From positions 124,001 to 188,000 of IMG/VR virus record IMGVR_UViG_3300047321_000238: a stretch of DNA of 64,000 bases; one strand, given 5' to 3'. Shown piece after piece: positions 37,887 through 47,293 of this stretch (position 1 is the stretch's first letter; every line of letters begins with the position of its first letter). A model generated the notes under the pieces. That model searched no databases and had not been told where the DNA came from. It was given only the letters and a program-made list of their open reading frames with translations. The translations under genes were made by a program, and so were the position numbers.

Positions 37887-38252
37887 ATGAAAGAATTAAG
37901 CACAATTCAAAAAAGAGAAAAATTAAACAAAGTATTAGCTATTGATGAAATAGGGCCAGGAGGAGCTAATCATGAATATTTGATAGTTTCAGATAGTGGA
38001 TTACAAGTACCTAAAGAAACAAAGATTCAACTTCAAAAAGGACCTAGAAAAGAAGCAGATTCTATCAATGGTGTAATTGATACTGACTTATTAGAAATAG
38101 TAAGAGATAGATTAAAAGCTTTCCAAGCTGGACCTTTTTCATCAAGAGAAAATGCATGTGCTTTAACTCATATAGAAGAAGCGTTAATGTGGATGAATAG
38201 AAGAGTTGAAGATAGAATTGAAAGAGATGTTTTGGGAAGGAATGAAAAATAA
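37887..38252 (+). CDS. tad1: Tad1-family Thoeris anti-defence sponge protein
   Basis: [77 protein letters not shown] closely match the C. botulinum prophage Tad1 as I recall it; SD AGGGGG before ATG 37887. Confidence 0.88.
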   Translation: MKELSTIQKREKLNKVLAIDEIGPGGANHEYLIVSDSGLQVPKETKIQLQKGPRKEADSINGVIDTDLLEIVRDRLKAFQAGPFSSRENACALTHIEEALMWMNRRVEDRIERDVLGRNEK

Positions 38253-38716
38253 TGAATAAATATATGGGATTTAAATTATTAGAAGCTGAACCAATGACTC
38301 TTGGTGATTACAACAAGATGAAAGGATGGACGATTCCAGAAAATGAAGATCCATCGAAAGAAGGTTATGTTGTAAAATATTCAGATGATTATATTAGCTG
38401 GAGCCCTAAAGATGTATTTGAAGCATCTTATTTGCAAGTTAAAAATAATCCTAATCTTGCTAGTGGAGTTTCTGTTAGTCAAGAAATGGTTGATAACTTT
38501 ATTAAAGAAGTTTATGTACAAACAATTGGAACAAAAACAACTTTAGTTAGAGTTGAATTATCAAATGGATTTGAGATAGTAGAATCAAGTTCATGTGTAG
38601 ATGCAGCTAATTATAATGAAACTATGGGAAAAGAAATATGCTTAGAAAGAATAAAAAACAAAGTATGGGAATTGCTTGGTTTCTTATTACAAACAGCATA
38701 TAAAGGCATAAAGTAA
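38252..38716 (+). CDS. Two-domain phage protein: AEPM...SWSPK domain + N4 gp49/Sf6 gp66-like domain
   Basis: YMGFKLLEAEPM...EGYVVKY...SWSPKDVFEASY; LSNGF...SSCVD..NYN..MG.EIC...K.W..LGFLL. Confidence 0.65.
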   Translation: MNKYMGFKLLEAEPMTLGDYNKMKGWTIPENEDPSKEGYVVKYSDDYISWSPKDVFEASYLQVKNNPNLASGVSVSQEMVDNFIKEVYVQTIGTKTTLVRVELSNGFEIVESSSCVDAANYNETMGKEICLERIKNKVWELLGFLLQTAYKGIK

Positions 38717-39222
38717 TGCTTAACTTAGCTGGAGAATTAAAAAACAGTAATGCAAATGGACCAGGTTTAAGATATGTAATATTCACACAGGGGTGTTCAC
38801 ACCCCGTTAAGTGTGAAGGATGTCATAATTCTCATACTTGGGAGAAAAGAGACAATATGTTAATAACAGTAGATGAAATGGCATTAGATATTGTATCTGA
38901 AATGCCATTAATTAATGGTGTAACTTTTTCAGGTGGAGAACCATTTGACCAAGCTGCAGCGTTAACTGAATTGGCTATTAAGTTAAAGTCTGCTGGATTA
39001 AGTGTGATGTGTTATACAGGTTATACTTATGAACAGATAAGATCCTACGCAGTAATGCGTTCCATGGAATTTACTCAAATGAATCGACTATTAGACAATA
39101 TAGACATATTGGTTGATGGAAAGTTTGATATCAATCAAATTAAATGTGCGGGCCTCTATAGAGGATCTGCTAATCAAAGAATGCTATATTTAGAAAAAGG
39201 ACAAATAATCAAAATAGAATAA
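38716..39222 (+). CDS. nrdG: Anaerobic RNR activating enzyme
   Basis: NGPGLRYVIFTQGC, CX5CX2C, GVTFSGGEP, DILVDG, YRGSANQR. Confidence 0.9.
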   Translation: MLNLAGELKNSNANGPGLRYVIFTQGCSHPVKCEGCHNSHTWEKRDNMLITVDEMALDIVSEMPLINGVTFSGGEPFDQAAALTELAIKLKSAGLSVMCYTGYTYEQIRSYAVMRSMEFTQMNRLLDNIDILVDGKFDINQIKCAGLYRGSANQRMLYLEKGQIIKIE

Positions 39223-39235
39223 GGAGGTGCATAGT

Positions 39236-39844
39236 ATGCATAAAACATTAGTATTTTTAAAAGGGTTTGCAGATGGCAAAGATTATGACATGTTACAGTT
39301 AGCTATAACTAAAGCAAGTATACTTCATAAAGACCAAAAGAGAAAGTTAGGAGAACCTTATATAGAACATCCTATGAGAGTTGCTAATAAACTTAAGATG
39401 TTGAAATTGCAAGATGAAAATTTATTAGCGGCAGCATTACTTCATGATGTGTTAGAAGATTGCGAAGTGACAGAAGCTGAATTAAAAGAATGCTTTAATA
39501 AAGAAATTGTTACAATCGTAAAGTTACTTTCTAAGGATAAGGTTATACCTACTGGATTATATTATACGTATATATTATCAGATCCTTTTGCTACTTTAAT
39601 TAAGATTGCTGATAGATGTCATAATGTAAGTACCATGGTAGAAGCATTTACTAAGACAAAAATAAAAGAGTATATAGAGGAAACTAATAATTATGTTATT
39701 CCTTTATGTAGAGAAGCCGTAAATTTATATCCTCAATACAATGATGAAATATATCTTATGAAAGATCATATAGAAAGTGTATGCTATGCTCTTGATATTT
39801 GCATCAAGGCTATTGATGAAATGGAGCATAAACATGGATTATAA
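39236..39844 (+). CDS. HD-domain hydrolase, RelA/SpoT-hydrolase (small alarmone hydrolase)-like
   Basis: HKDQKRK.GEPYIEHP, AAALLHDVLED, IKIADRCHN; SD AAGGAGG favours ATG 39236. Confidence 0.8.
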   Translation: MHKTLVFLKGFADGKDYDMLQLAITKASILHKDQKRKLGEPYIEHPMRVANKLKMLKLQDENLLAAALLHDVLEDCEVTEAELKECFNKEIVTIVKLLSKDKVIPTGLYYTYILSDPFATLIKIADRCHNVSTMVEAFTKTKIKEYIEETNNYVIPLCREAVNLYPQYNDEIYLMKDHIESVCYALDICIKAIDEMEHKHGL

Positions 39845-40550
39845 AACTAAACAATTTAAAGACTTACTAGATAAAAGTAAGAAAATAGTTTTTATGACTG
39901 GAGCAGGGGTTTCGACTCACTCTGGTATTCCTGACTATAGATCAGCTGGTGGTATTTATACTGATAATCCAGAGTATATGCTTAGTGAAGATTGTTGGAA
40001 AAATGAATATATTAAGTTCCTACAATTTGTAACTGAACATTTTGACATGTCTGGATATGAACCAAATGATATTCATAATTGGATTGCAGGACTTGAAAAA
40101 GATAAAGAGATTACTGTAGTTACTCAAAATATTGATGGGCTTCATCAAAGAAGTGGATCAACTAATGTTATCACTTATCATGGAGATATTAACAATTGGG
40201 AGTGCAAGGGATGTTTTACAAAATCTTCCTTTGCTGAGATCAAAAATGGAAATAATTATTGTTCGAGATGTGGCTGTAAATTAAGCCCTGAAGTTGTTCT
40301 ATATGGACAAGATATCTATTTTGATAAAGATGCATTAGCAAAAGGTAAAATAAAAGAAGCTGATCTTGTTATAGTAATAGGAACATCTCTTTCTGTATTT
40401 CCTTTTGCTGATTTGGTGCAAGAAGCAATGTTCACAAAATCAGTATTGTTAAATGCAACTGAAACTGCAAATTACTTTAACGCTTTTGATTTAGTATTCT
40501 TAGAGGATGCTATAGAAGTTATAAAGAGGGTGGAAGATATTGAGTCATAA
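39834..40550 (+). CDS. Sirtuin (CobB-like NAD-dependent deacylase)
   Basis: MTGAGVSTHSGIPDYRS, TQNIDGLH, YHG, C..C/C..C, IGTSL.VFP. Confidence 0.9.
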   Translation: MDYKTKQFKDLLDKSKKIVFMTGAGVSTHSGIPDYRSAGGIYTDNPEYMLSEDCWKNEYIKFLQFVTEHFDMSGYEPNDIHNWIAGLEKDKEITVVTQNIDGLHQRSGSTNVITYHGDINNWECKGCFTKSSFAEIKNGNNYCSRCGCKLSPEVVLYGQDIYFDKDALAKGKIKEADLVIVIGTSLSVFPFADLVQEAMFTKSVLLNATETANYFNAFDLVFLEDAIEVIKRVEDIES

Positions 40551-40917
40551 ACTATATACAACTTACTTAGCCAAAATGAAACAAATACCAGACACTTGTC
40601 AGATAGCTATTATAATGAGGTTCCCTCCGTTCTTGCCTAAGGATGGAGACATTATTCATTGTCCAGAGTTATCGCCAAAAGGAAAACTATTAAATGTATA
40701 TAAAGCTGATAAAGACTTTGATACTTTTAAAGATAACCTTTGGCAACAATGGGAAAGCAATGAAGAAGGAGCAATGGATACTCTTAAGTTAATAGAAGAT
40801 GCTCTTGAACATAATGATATTTGTTTAGTTTGTTGTGAAAAAAATGTAAATGAATGTCATAGATTATTCTTAGGAGGATACTTTAAATTTTTAGGATATG
40901 AATGGGAGGAATTATAA
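40540..40917 (+). CDS. DUF488-like protein
   Basis: ELSP..LL, ICLVCCE...CHR. Confidence 0.65.
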   Translation: MSHKLYTTYLAKMKQIPDTCQIAIIMRFPPFLPKDGDIIHCPELSPKGKLLNVYKADKDFDTFKDNLWQQWESNEEGAMDTLKLIEDALEHNDICLVCCEKNVNECHRLFLGGYFKFLGYEWEEL

Positions 40918-41246
40918 TGTCAAAGAAAAATACGTACAGAGTACCAATAAACTTAATAAAAAAATTAGGTTTAACTATTGAAGCTGAATCTCAACTTGAT
41001 GCAGAAGCACAAGTTGAAGAGTTCTTAGAAAGAAATGTAGAGAGCTTAAAAGGTTATGAAGTAGATTACAATAAAGGAAAAATTACTTGTGATCAAGATG
41101 ATGAAATCATTAATGAAATTGCAGAAGACTTTGGAATAAAAGTTGAAGAATATTCTGGTACTGATTACTTTACTGGAGAATCAATTATGAGTGAAGGATT
41201 TGTTCATCAAATAGCTATCGATAATATAAATCCAATATTAAAATAG
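40917..41246 (+). CDS. Hypothetical protein
   Basis: SD GGAGGA; TAATG overlap. Confidence 0.7.
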   Translation: MSKKNTYRVPINLIKKLGLTIEAESQLDAEAQVEEFLERNVESLKGYEVDYNKGKITCDQDDEIINEIAEDFGIKVEEYSGTDYFTGESIMSEGFVHQIAIDNINPILK

Positions 41247-41257
41247 GGGGAATTGCA

Positions 41258-41836
41258 TTGCATCAATATAAAGGAGCTATTATAGCTCATATAGGACCTA
41301 TGTTTGGAGGAAAGACATCAGCATTAATTTCAGATGTTATTAAGTTCAAAATAGCTAAGTATAATACAGTGTTATTCAAACCTAAGAAAGATGAAAGATA
41401 TGCTAAAGATGCAGTAGTGAATCATCGAGGCGAAGAACTTGAAGCTATAAATGTAACAAGTATCTGTGATGTATTAAACTATATGAAAGAGAATCCAGAA
41501 GTAGACATTATAGCTATTGATGAATTTCAATTTCTTAAGGACAATCTATTAGGTAGTGAATATCTTGTTGGAAACTTAATTCACAATATCTTATTAGGTA
41601 ACAAGACTTTAATTATATCAGGATTGGATTTAGATAGTGATTTAATTCCATTTGATAATGTTAGAAATCTATTGCCATATTGTACTCATATAAATAAGCA
41701 TAAAGCTGTTTGTATGGTTTGTGGAGCAGATGCTACAACTAGTTATTGCAAAGTAGAAAAAGATGATCAAGAGTTAATCGGTGGTTCAGATCTTTACGAA
41801 CCTAGATGTTATCATTGTCATAGTTTAAAAGAATAA
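41258..41836 (+). CDS. tdk: Thymidine kinase
   Basis: GPMFGGKT, IAIDEFQF, SGLDLDSD, AVCMVC, IGGSDLYEPRC..C. Confidence 0.92.
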   Translation: MHQYKGAIIAHIGPMFGGKTSALISDVIKFKIAKYNTVLFKPKKDERYAKDAVVNHRGEELEAINVTSICDVLNYMKENPEVDIIAIDEFQFLKDNLLGSEYLVGNLIHNILLGNKTLIISGLDLDSDLIPFDNVRNLLPYCTHINKHKAVCMVCGADATTSYCKVEKDDQELIGGSDLYEPRCYHCHSLKE

Positions 41837-41839
41837 TCA

Positions 41840-41862
41840 AAGAAGGGTGTAATTCCCTTCTT
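41840..41862 (+). terminator. Hairpin after tdk
   Basis: AAGAAGGG-7-CCCTTCTT. Confidence 0.5.
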
Positions 41863-41881
41863 ATAAAAAGGAGGGATAATT

Positions 41882-42520
41882 ATGCAATCTTATTGTGTTA
41901 ATAAATTAGATATAAAAGGTTCAGAAAAAGAAGTTAAGAATTTTTTAAATGATTTTTCTTCATCGATAATTAATTTTAGTATGTTTGAAATTGTTGATTG
42001 TCCAGCTAGTGTCGTAACCTTTGAAAATTGGGCAATACGTAATTGGGGAACAAATGGAGATATATTTAATTGTAGTTCTTATTCAGAAGTAATGTCTTCT
42101 TATGAAGAAAATAATGGAGTTGTAAAAGTAAGTATTTATTACTACACTAAAGATACTCCAAATGAAACATTCGTAAAGAGAGCTTCAAAGATATATCCTA
42201 AGTTAACTTTTATTATAAGTTACTATGAACCTAATGTATTATGCACTGGAAAAACAACATATAAAAAAGGTATAGATGAAGACGGTGCAGACTATTATGA
42301 AGTAGATGAAGAAAATAGAGATGCAACAACTATATATGTATACGAATTCGCTATGAAAGAAAATCTTATATCTTTAGATGAATTATCAGAAGCTGTAAGA
42401 AGCTCATCATCTATTGTTAAGAATTATTTTAAAATAGATAAAGAAGAAGATGATCTTGTTTTAGACTTTAATGTTATAAAACAAGAATACTTAGACAACC
42501 TGAGTAAAGGAGATGATTAA
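41882..42520 (+). CDS. DUF1281/YubB ferredoxin-like protein (divergent)
   Basis: YCVN.L.I.G start, W...NWGT, S..YP.LTF...Y.E pattern. Confidence 0.5.
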   Translation: MQSYCVNKLDIKGSEKEVKNFLNDFSSSIINFSMFEIVDCPASVVTFENWAIRNWGTNGDIFNCSSYSEVMSSYEENNGVVKVSIYYYTKDTPNETFVKRASKIYPKLTFIISYYEPNVLCTGKTTYKKGIDEDGADYYEVDEENRDATTIYVYEFAMKENLISLDELSEAVRSSSSIVKNYFKIDKEEDDLVLDFNVIKQEYLDNLSKGDD

Positions 42521-42522
42521 TA

Positions 42523-42786
42523 TTGTCTAAATATGTTTATTATAAAGTAGTGAAATCAGAAGAACACATGCTTTATACAAAAGAAATAGCTTCAATATAT
42601 GATTTATATCTTCCTAATGGGGATCCTAGACAAAAATTAGTTTCTAATATATTAAAAGATTATATAAAAAAGAATATTGAAAATTATGAACGTATATATT
42701 ATGAAACAAGATATGGGCTTAGAGAAGTATTTTCTGCTAGTATTTACGAACCAGCAATGGAAGCATATTTCAAAGAGGGGGTATAA
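42523..42786 (+). CDS. Hypothetical protein
   Basis: ORF track; SD AAGGAG. Confidence 0.6.
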   Translation: MSKYVYYKVVKSEEHMLYTKEIASIYDLYLPNGDPRQKLVSNILKDYIKKNIENYERIYYETRYGLREVFSASIYEPAMEAYFKEGV

Positions 42787-42787
42787 C

Positions 42788-43060
42788 ATGTTTGAACTTA
42801 AAACTTTTTATGCTAATTTAACTAATAATCAAAAACTTGATATGATACAATTGTTTTATAATATGTATTACAATACAAATCAGGATGCAGCATTATATGG
42901 AGATGAATATTATTATTTAACTGCAGAAATACTGTTAGGAAGATTACCTATTAAGCTTCAATACTTAGCAGATAATTTTGTAGAAATACTATTAGATTTG
43001 TATCCAGACTTTAAACCATACTATAAACCATTTTTAGAAGAAGGTGAGACTTATCAATAA
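42788..43060 (+). CDS. Hypothetical protein
   Basis: SD GAGGGGG favours ATG 42788. Confidence 0.6.
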   Translation: MFELKTFYANLTNNQKLDMIQLFYNMYYNTNQDAALYGDEYYYLTAEILLGRLPIKLQYLADNFVEILLDLYPDFKPYYKPFLEEGETYQ

Positions 43061-45113
43061 AGAAGAATTAAAAGCTTTGTTAGCTTATTATGATGACTTA
43101 TATTATAATCAAGACATAAGTGAGATATCAGATTTTGAATACAATGTATTAAAAGAGAAGTACATTAAAAAGTATGGAGAATATGATTATATACCTGGAG
43201 AAGCATCTAAGGATAGTAAAAAATATACACATACAACTAATATATCTTCATTATCAAAATTACAAATAACTGATGAAGCAGGTATTAGAGAAAACCTTGA
43301 AAGATTATGGCCCGTTGTTATTCAAGAAAAGATGGATGGATTAACATTAGTTACTTATCCAAGCGGAGAAGATGTAACTCGTGGCAATGGTCACATAGGA
43401 GAAATAGTTACTGAAAATGTCAAGAAAGTAGATGGCATTGGAGATAAACTAGCTTATCCAGTTAGATCAGAAGTAGTTATGCTGCATTCTGAATTCAATA
43501 GAATAAATACAGAAAGAGTAGCAAGTGGATTAGAACCATTTGAAAACTGTAGAAATGCAGCTGCTGGAATGCTAAGACAAAAAGATTCTAATAAAGTTCA
43601 AGGTCTTAAAGCATTTGCATATAATATGATATTTGATGAAGAAGAAATTGACGAAGAAGATGCAGATGCAGAAAATCCAAACGCCAGAGCTCAAGTTCAA
43701 ATTGAATCATTAGAAATGCTTGGTTGGAATACAGTTGATTCTTATGAGCCAACAGATATAGATGATGCTATGGAATATATCATGAACTATGATAGATCTG
43801 TATTAGATTTTGATATTGATGGATTAGTTATAAAACATAATGGAAATAAAATATTTGGACAAACATCACATCACCCATTAAATGCAATAGCAATTAAGTT
43901 TGCACCAGAAGGTGGATGGACTACTTTAATAGATATTGAATGGTCTGTTGGTCGTACAGGCAAAGTTGTGCCTAAAGCTATATTTGAACCAATAAGTATA
44001 TTAGGTTCTACAGTTACTAAAGCTACCCTACACAATATTGGAATAGTAAATGCACTTGGATTAAATATGACTGAGAGCATTGGCAAGAATGGAGATTGTA
44101 TTACAAAGATATTTGTAATCAAAGCTAATGATGTTATACCAGCTATAATAGACGTAGAACACGCTCCACTTGATACTAAGAACTTATACTCTAAAAGTAT
44201 ATGGGAACCAACAACATGTCCAGATTGTGGCTCGGAACTTAGAAAAGAAAAGGACCAATTATATTGTAGCAATGAAAATTGTTCAAGTAGAGTATTAAAT
44301 AGATTAATACATTTATCTGAAAGAGATAGATTTAATATCGAAGATCTCGGAGAAGAAACAGCAATTAAATTAATAGCTAAATATAAGAACAAATTAGAAT
44401 TAATATTAACTCAAATTGAAAATAGTTATGAAGTAATGACTGAAGAAGATTATGATGAAGGAATCATAATTGAAGAGGCTATAGTTAAAGAAAAACTTGA
44501 GAAGTTACATCCAAGCTTTATATATGAATTAACTTTAGATGATATTAAATCATTAGAAGGTTTTGCTGAAAAATCAGCTACTAATTTATATAACGAGATT
44601 CAAAACTCTAAGAATATTGATTTTGATAAATTTTTAGCAGGATGTGGTATTCATTTAGTCGGAAGAAGAACATCTAAAGACATTGCTGAATTCTATTATA
44701 GTCCAAAAGACATGTCAGAAGTCGAAGCATTTGCATATGATTATGCCGATGGGTTTAAGAAGTTATCAACTTTAAAAGGAATAGGTAAAGAAACTATAGC
44801 TAGTTTAACTGAATATTATGGACCATATATAATTCCTTTTGGAGAATATGGATTAAATATTAAAGATGTTATTCCTAAAAAGAAAGCAACTAATCAAATG
44901 TCTATTGTAGTCACAGGAGCATTTGATAAATCTCGTGAAGAGATAAAAGCTATGATTGAAGATGCTGGCCATAAGATGGCTGGTTCAGTTAGTAAGAGCA
45001 CTGCTTATTTATTAGCGGCTCCAGGTGAAGAAAGCACTAGTAAGTATACAAAAGCTATAGAAGTTAATACTACAATAATTCATACATTGGAAGAGTTAGA
45101 AGAAATATTATGA
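43044..45113 (+). CDS. ligA: NAD-dependent DNA ligase
   Basis: EKMDG (KxDG), TRGNG, NCRNAAAG, DIDGLVIK, VGRTG, KATLHN, zinc finger, C-terminal BRCT. Confidence 0.94.
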   Translation: MRLINKEELKALLAYYDDLYYNQDISEISDFEYNVLKEKYIKKYGEYDYIPGEASKDSKKYTHTTNISSLSKLQITDEAGIRENLERLWPVVIQEKMDGLTLVTYPSGEDVTRGNGHIGEIVTENVKKVDGIGDKLAYPVRSEVVMLHSEFNRINTERVASGLEPFENCRNAAAGMLRQKDSNKVQGLKAFAYNMIFDEEEIDEEDADAENPNARAQVQIESLEMLGWNTVDSYEPTDIDDAMEYIMNYDRSVLDFDIDGLVIKHNGNKIFGQTSHHPLNAIAIKFAPEGGWTTLIDIEWSVGRTGKVVPKAIFEPISILGSTVTKATLHNIGIVNALGLNMTESIGKNGDCITKIFVIKANDVIPAIIDVEHAPLDTKNLYSKSIWEPTTCPDCGSELRKEKDQLYCSNENCSSRVLNRLIHLSERDRFNIEDLGEETAIKLIAKYKNKLELILTQIENSYEVMTEEDYDEGIIIEEAIVKEKLEKLHPSFIYELTLDDIKSLEGFAEKSATNLYNEIQNSKNIDFDKFLAGCGIHLVGRRTSKDIAEFYYSPKDMSEVEAFAYDYADGFKKLSTLKGIGKETIASLTEYYGPYIIPFGEYGLNIKDVIPKKKATNQMSIVVTGAFDKSREEIKAMIEDAGHKMAGSVSKSTAYLLAAPGEESTSKYTKAIEVNTTIIHTLEELEEIL

Positions 45114-45133
45114 TAGAAATGTGAGGGGTTCTT

Positions 45134-45652
45134 ATGGGGAGAAAACCATATACTGATTTAGAAAAAACTTTAATGTGTGAATTAGCAAAGGTAACTAACA
45201 ATATATTATATGTTGCTAAAGTTACTGGAGCTAGCACCATGACTGTTACTACTTTTTTAAAAGACAAAGGAATTGTATTACATGCTAAAGATAAAATATT
45301 TGTAAGAGATACAGTAACTGCAGAACATTACAACAGAGTAATGGAAGGTGAAACTTTAACTGACTTAAGTGAAGAAACAGGTAAGACGAATCATTTATTA
45401 TCTGCAAGATTTATGTACTATTCAAAGAAATTTAATAAAAATAAAGTAAATGCTGGTAAAAACAATACAGCTAAAAAAGATAAAGAAGCAGAACTTTGGG
45501 TTGATCTTATAAACAATAAAGAAAAAACAATGACTCAAATAGCTTCAGAAGAAGGACTGTCTTTGTCTGGTGTTTCTAGAAGAGTTAAGAGATATCTAAA
45601 TAGAAATAATTCTGAAAATGATTTCAGACACAAACAAGAGATAAATAATTAA
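45134..45652 (+). CDS. Putative multi-HTH DNA-binding protein
   Basis: TMTQIASEEGLSLSGVSRRV HTH at the C-terminus. Confidence 0.6.
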   Translation: MGRKPYTDLEKTLMCELAKVTNNILYVAKVTGASTMTVTTFLKDKGIVLHAKDKIFVRDTVTAEHYNRVMEGETLTDLSEETGKTNHLLSARFMYYSKKFNKNKVNAGKNNTAKKDKEAELWVDLINNKEKTMTQIASEEGLSLSGVSRRVKRYLNRNNSENDFRHKQEINN

Positions 45653-45687
45653 ATAGCAGTGGGAATACAAATTTCCCTCTTGCTATT
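45652..45687 (+). terminator. Hairpin between HTH gene and mazF
   Basis: AATAGCA...GGGAA/TTCCC...TGCTATT. Confidence 0.45.
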
Positions 45688-45707
45688 AACTAAGAAAGCG
45701 GTGTAAA

Positions 45708-46112
45708 ATGGATATAGAAAACAAAATAAGAACATATAGCAAGATTGTTACTAGAGGTGATATAGTCTGGCTAAAGAAAGATCTTTCTTTCAATTTAGGG
45801 GAAAATGTACAAGACATACATAGACCTTATGTTGTAATTTCTAACAATACTAATAATGACCTGTGTCCTACAATTAATTTAGCATGTCTATCAAAGCAAG
45901 TTGGAAAAGCAAATTATCCAATGCATGTATTAGTATGCGGAAATAAGTATGGCTTAGATTTTGATAGTGTTATATATGTAGAACAAATCATTACAATAAA
46001 TAAAAAAGAGATAGCTGATAAAATCGCAAGATTAGATGCTTATGATTTAAAGAAGCTAGACAAGGCTATTTTTATTCAACTTATAGATGAAAAACAAACT
46101 ATCTATGCTTAA
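45708..46112 (+). CDS. MazF/PemK-family endoribonuclease-like protein
   Basis: RGDIVW...GE...RPYVVISN, DS.IYVEQI.TI.K. Confidence 0.8.
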   Translation: MDIENKIRTYSKIVTRGDIVWLKKDLSFNLGENVQDIHRPYVVISNNTNNDLCPTINLACLSKQVGKANYPMHVLVCGNKYGLDFDSVIYVEQIITINKKEIADKIARLDAYDLKKLDKAIFIQLIDEKQTIYA

Positions 46113-46137
46113 ATAATATTATATGGGGGAATTATAG

Positions 46138-46992
46138 ATGAATGTTAAATTAATTGCGAATACGGAAAATCCAGAATTAGTAATAGCTACAGCTGCAAAA
46201 TTATGTTATTCTGCATCAAATATTAAAGATTTAATGGACAACCTTACTACAAACAATATTGAAGGTTTTATACAAATGCTAGCTGATATGGGACATGAAT
46301 CACCATTTGAACATGTATCATTCACTTTTGCAGTAGAAGATGTTTCAAGAGTACTTGAACAACAATTAACTAGACATAGAATTGCTAGTTATTCTATTCA
46401 AAGTGGTAGATATGTAGAAAGAGGAAATGCTGAATTCTATATGCCTGGAGATATTAAAGAAAATGAAGAAGCTAAAAGTATCTATATGGATATCATAGAA
46501 GGAACTAAGGATGCATATGAAAAAATATGGCAAGCTTTACTTCATCAATATTTAATAACTTATTATGAATCAAACTCTAAATTAAAAATACTTAATATTG
46601 GAGATAGAGATGTTTGTTTTAAATTCTTTAGTGAAGATAAGGACCTTAAAATTATTTATAACAAATATAAGAAAAAAGCAGTAGAGAATGCTAGAATGGT
46701 GTTTCCTAATTCTCTTAAGACTAAGATTATATTTACTATGAATGCAAGAACATTATTTAATTTCTTTGCTCATAGATGTTGTAATAGAGCCCAAGATGAA
46801 ATAAAAGAATTAGCTTATATTTTACTTGCAATAGTAAAAGGTGTTGCACCTAATATATTTAAGAATGCTGGACCTCATTGTAAAACACTTAAATACTGTC
46901 CAGAAAATAATATGCAATGCGATCAATTAAAGGGACTAATACCAACACATAAAGATGTTGTAAATCTAATTAAAACAAGTTGGAATAAATAA
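46138..46992 (+). CDS. thyX: FAD-dependent thymidylate synthase
   Basis: GHESPFEH, SRVLEQQLTRHRIASYSIQSGRY, MNAR.L.NF...R. Confidence 0.94.
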   Translation: MNVKLIANTENPELVIATAAKLCYSASNIKDLMDNLTTNNIEGFIQMLADMGHESPFEHVSFTFAVEDVSRVLEQQLTRHRIASYSIQSGRYVERGNAEFYMPGDIKENEEAKSIYMDIIEGTKDAYEKIWQALLHQYLITYYESNSKLKILNIGDRDVCFKFFSEDKDLKIIYNKYKKKAVENARMVFPNSLKTKIIFTMNARTLFNFFAHRCCNRAQDEIKELAYILLAIVKGVAPNIFKNAGPHCKTLKYCPENNMQCDQLKGLIPTHKDVVNLIKTSWNK

Positions 46993-47014
46993 TTCATTCG
47001 AAGGGGGATGAAAT

Positions 47015-47293
47015 ATGTTTATAGTAACAATAGTAGCTCTTATTCTAAATCTATTATGTTTAAGGGTTTTTGCAAAAGAAGAATTATATCTAAATGGTTT
47101 TGTTTTAACGTTAGGAATCTTCGTAAGCATAATTCCTTATGTTAATATTATAGCACTTATAGTATTTGCTATTTGGGTTGCAATACTTAAAATAGAAAAT
47201 ATTGATGTAGATATAGATGAATTCGCTAAGAAGATATTCTTTGTAAAGGATAAAAAAGATGATGACAACTTTAAAGGAAAAGGATATCGTTAA
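47015..47293 (+). CDS. Small membrane protein (2 TM)
   Basis: Two long hydrophobic segments; SD AAGGGGG. Confidence 0.7.
   Translation: MFIVTIVALILNLLCLRVFAKEELYLNGFVLTLGIFVSIIPYVNIIALIVFAIWVAILKIENIDVDIDEFAKKIFFVKDKKDDDNFKGKGYR

Noticed and set aside
38252-38716. Calling this gene tad2
   Set aside because: The DUF2829 hallmarks (F.DAL...GWNGK, W.PS..D.LA.DW) are absent.
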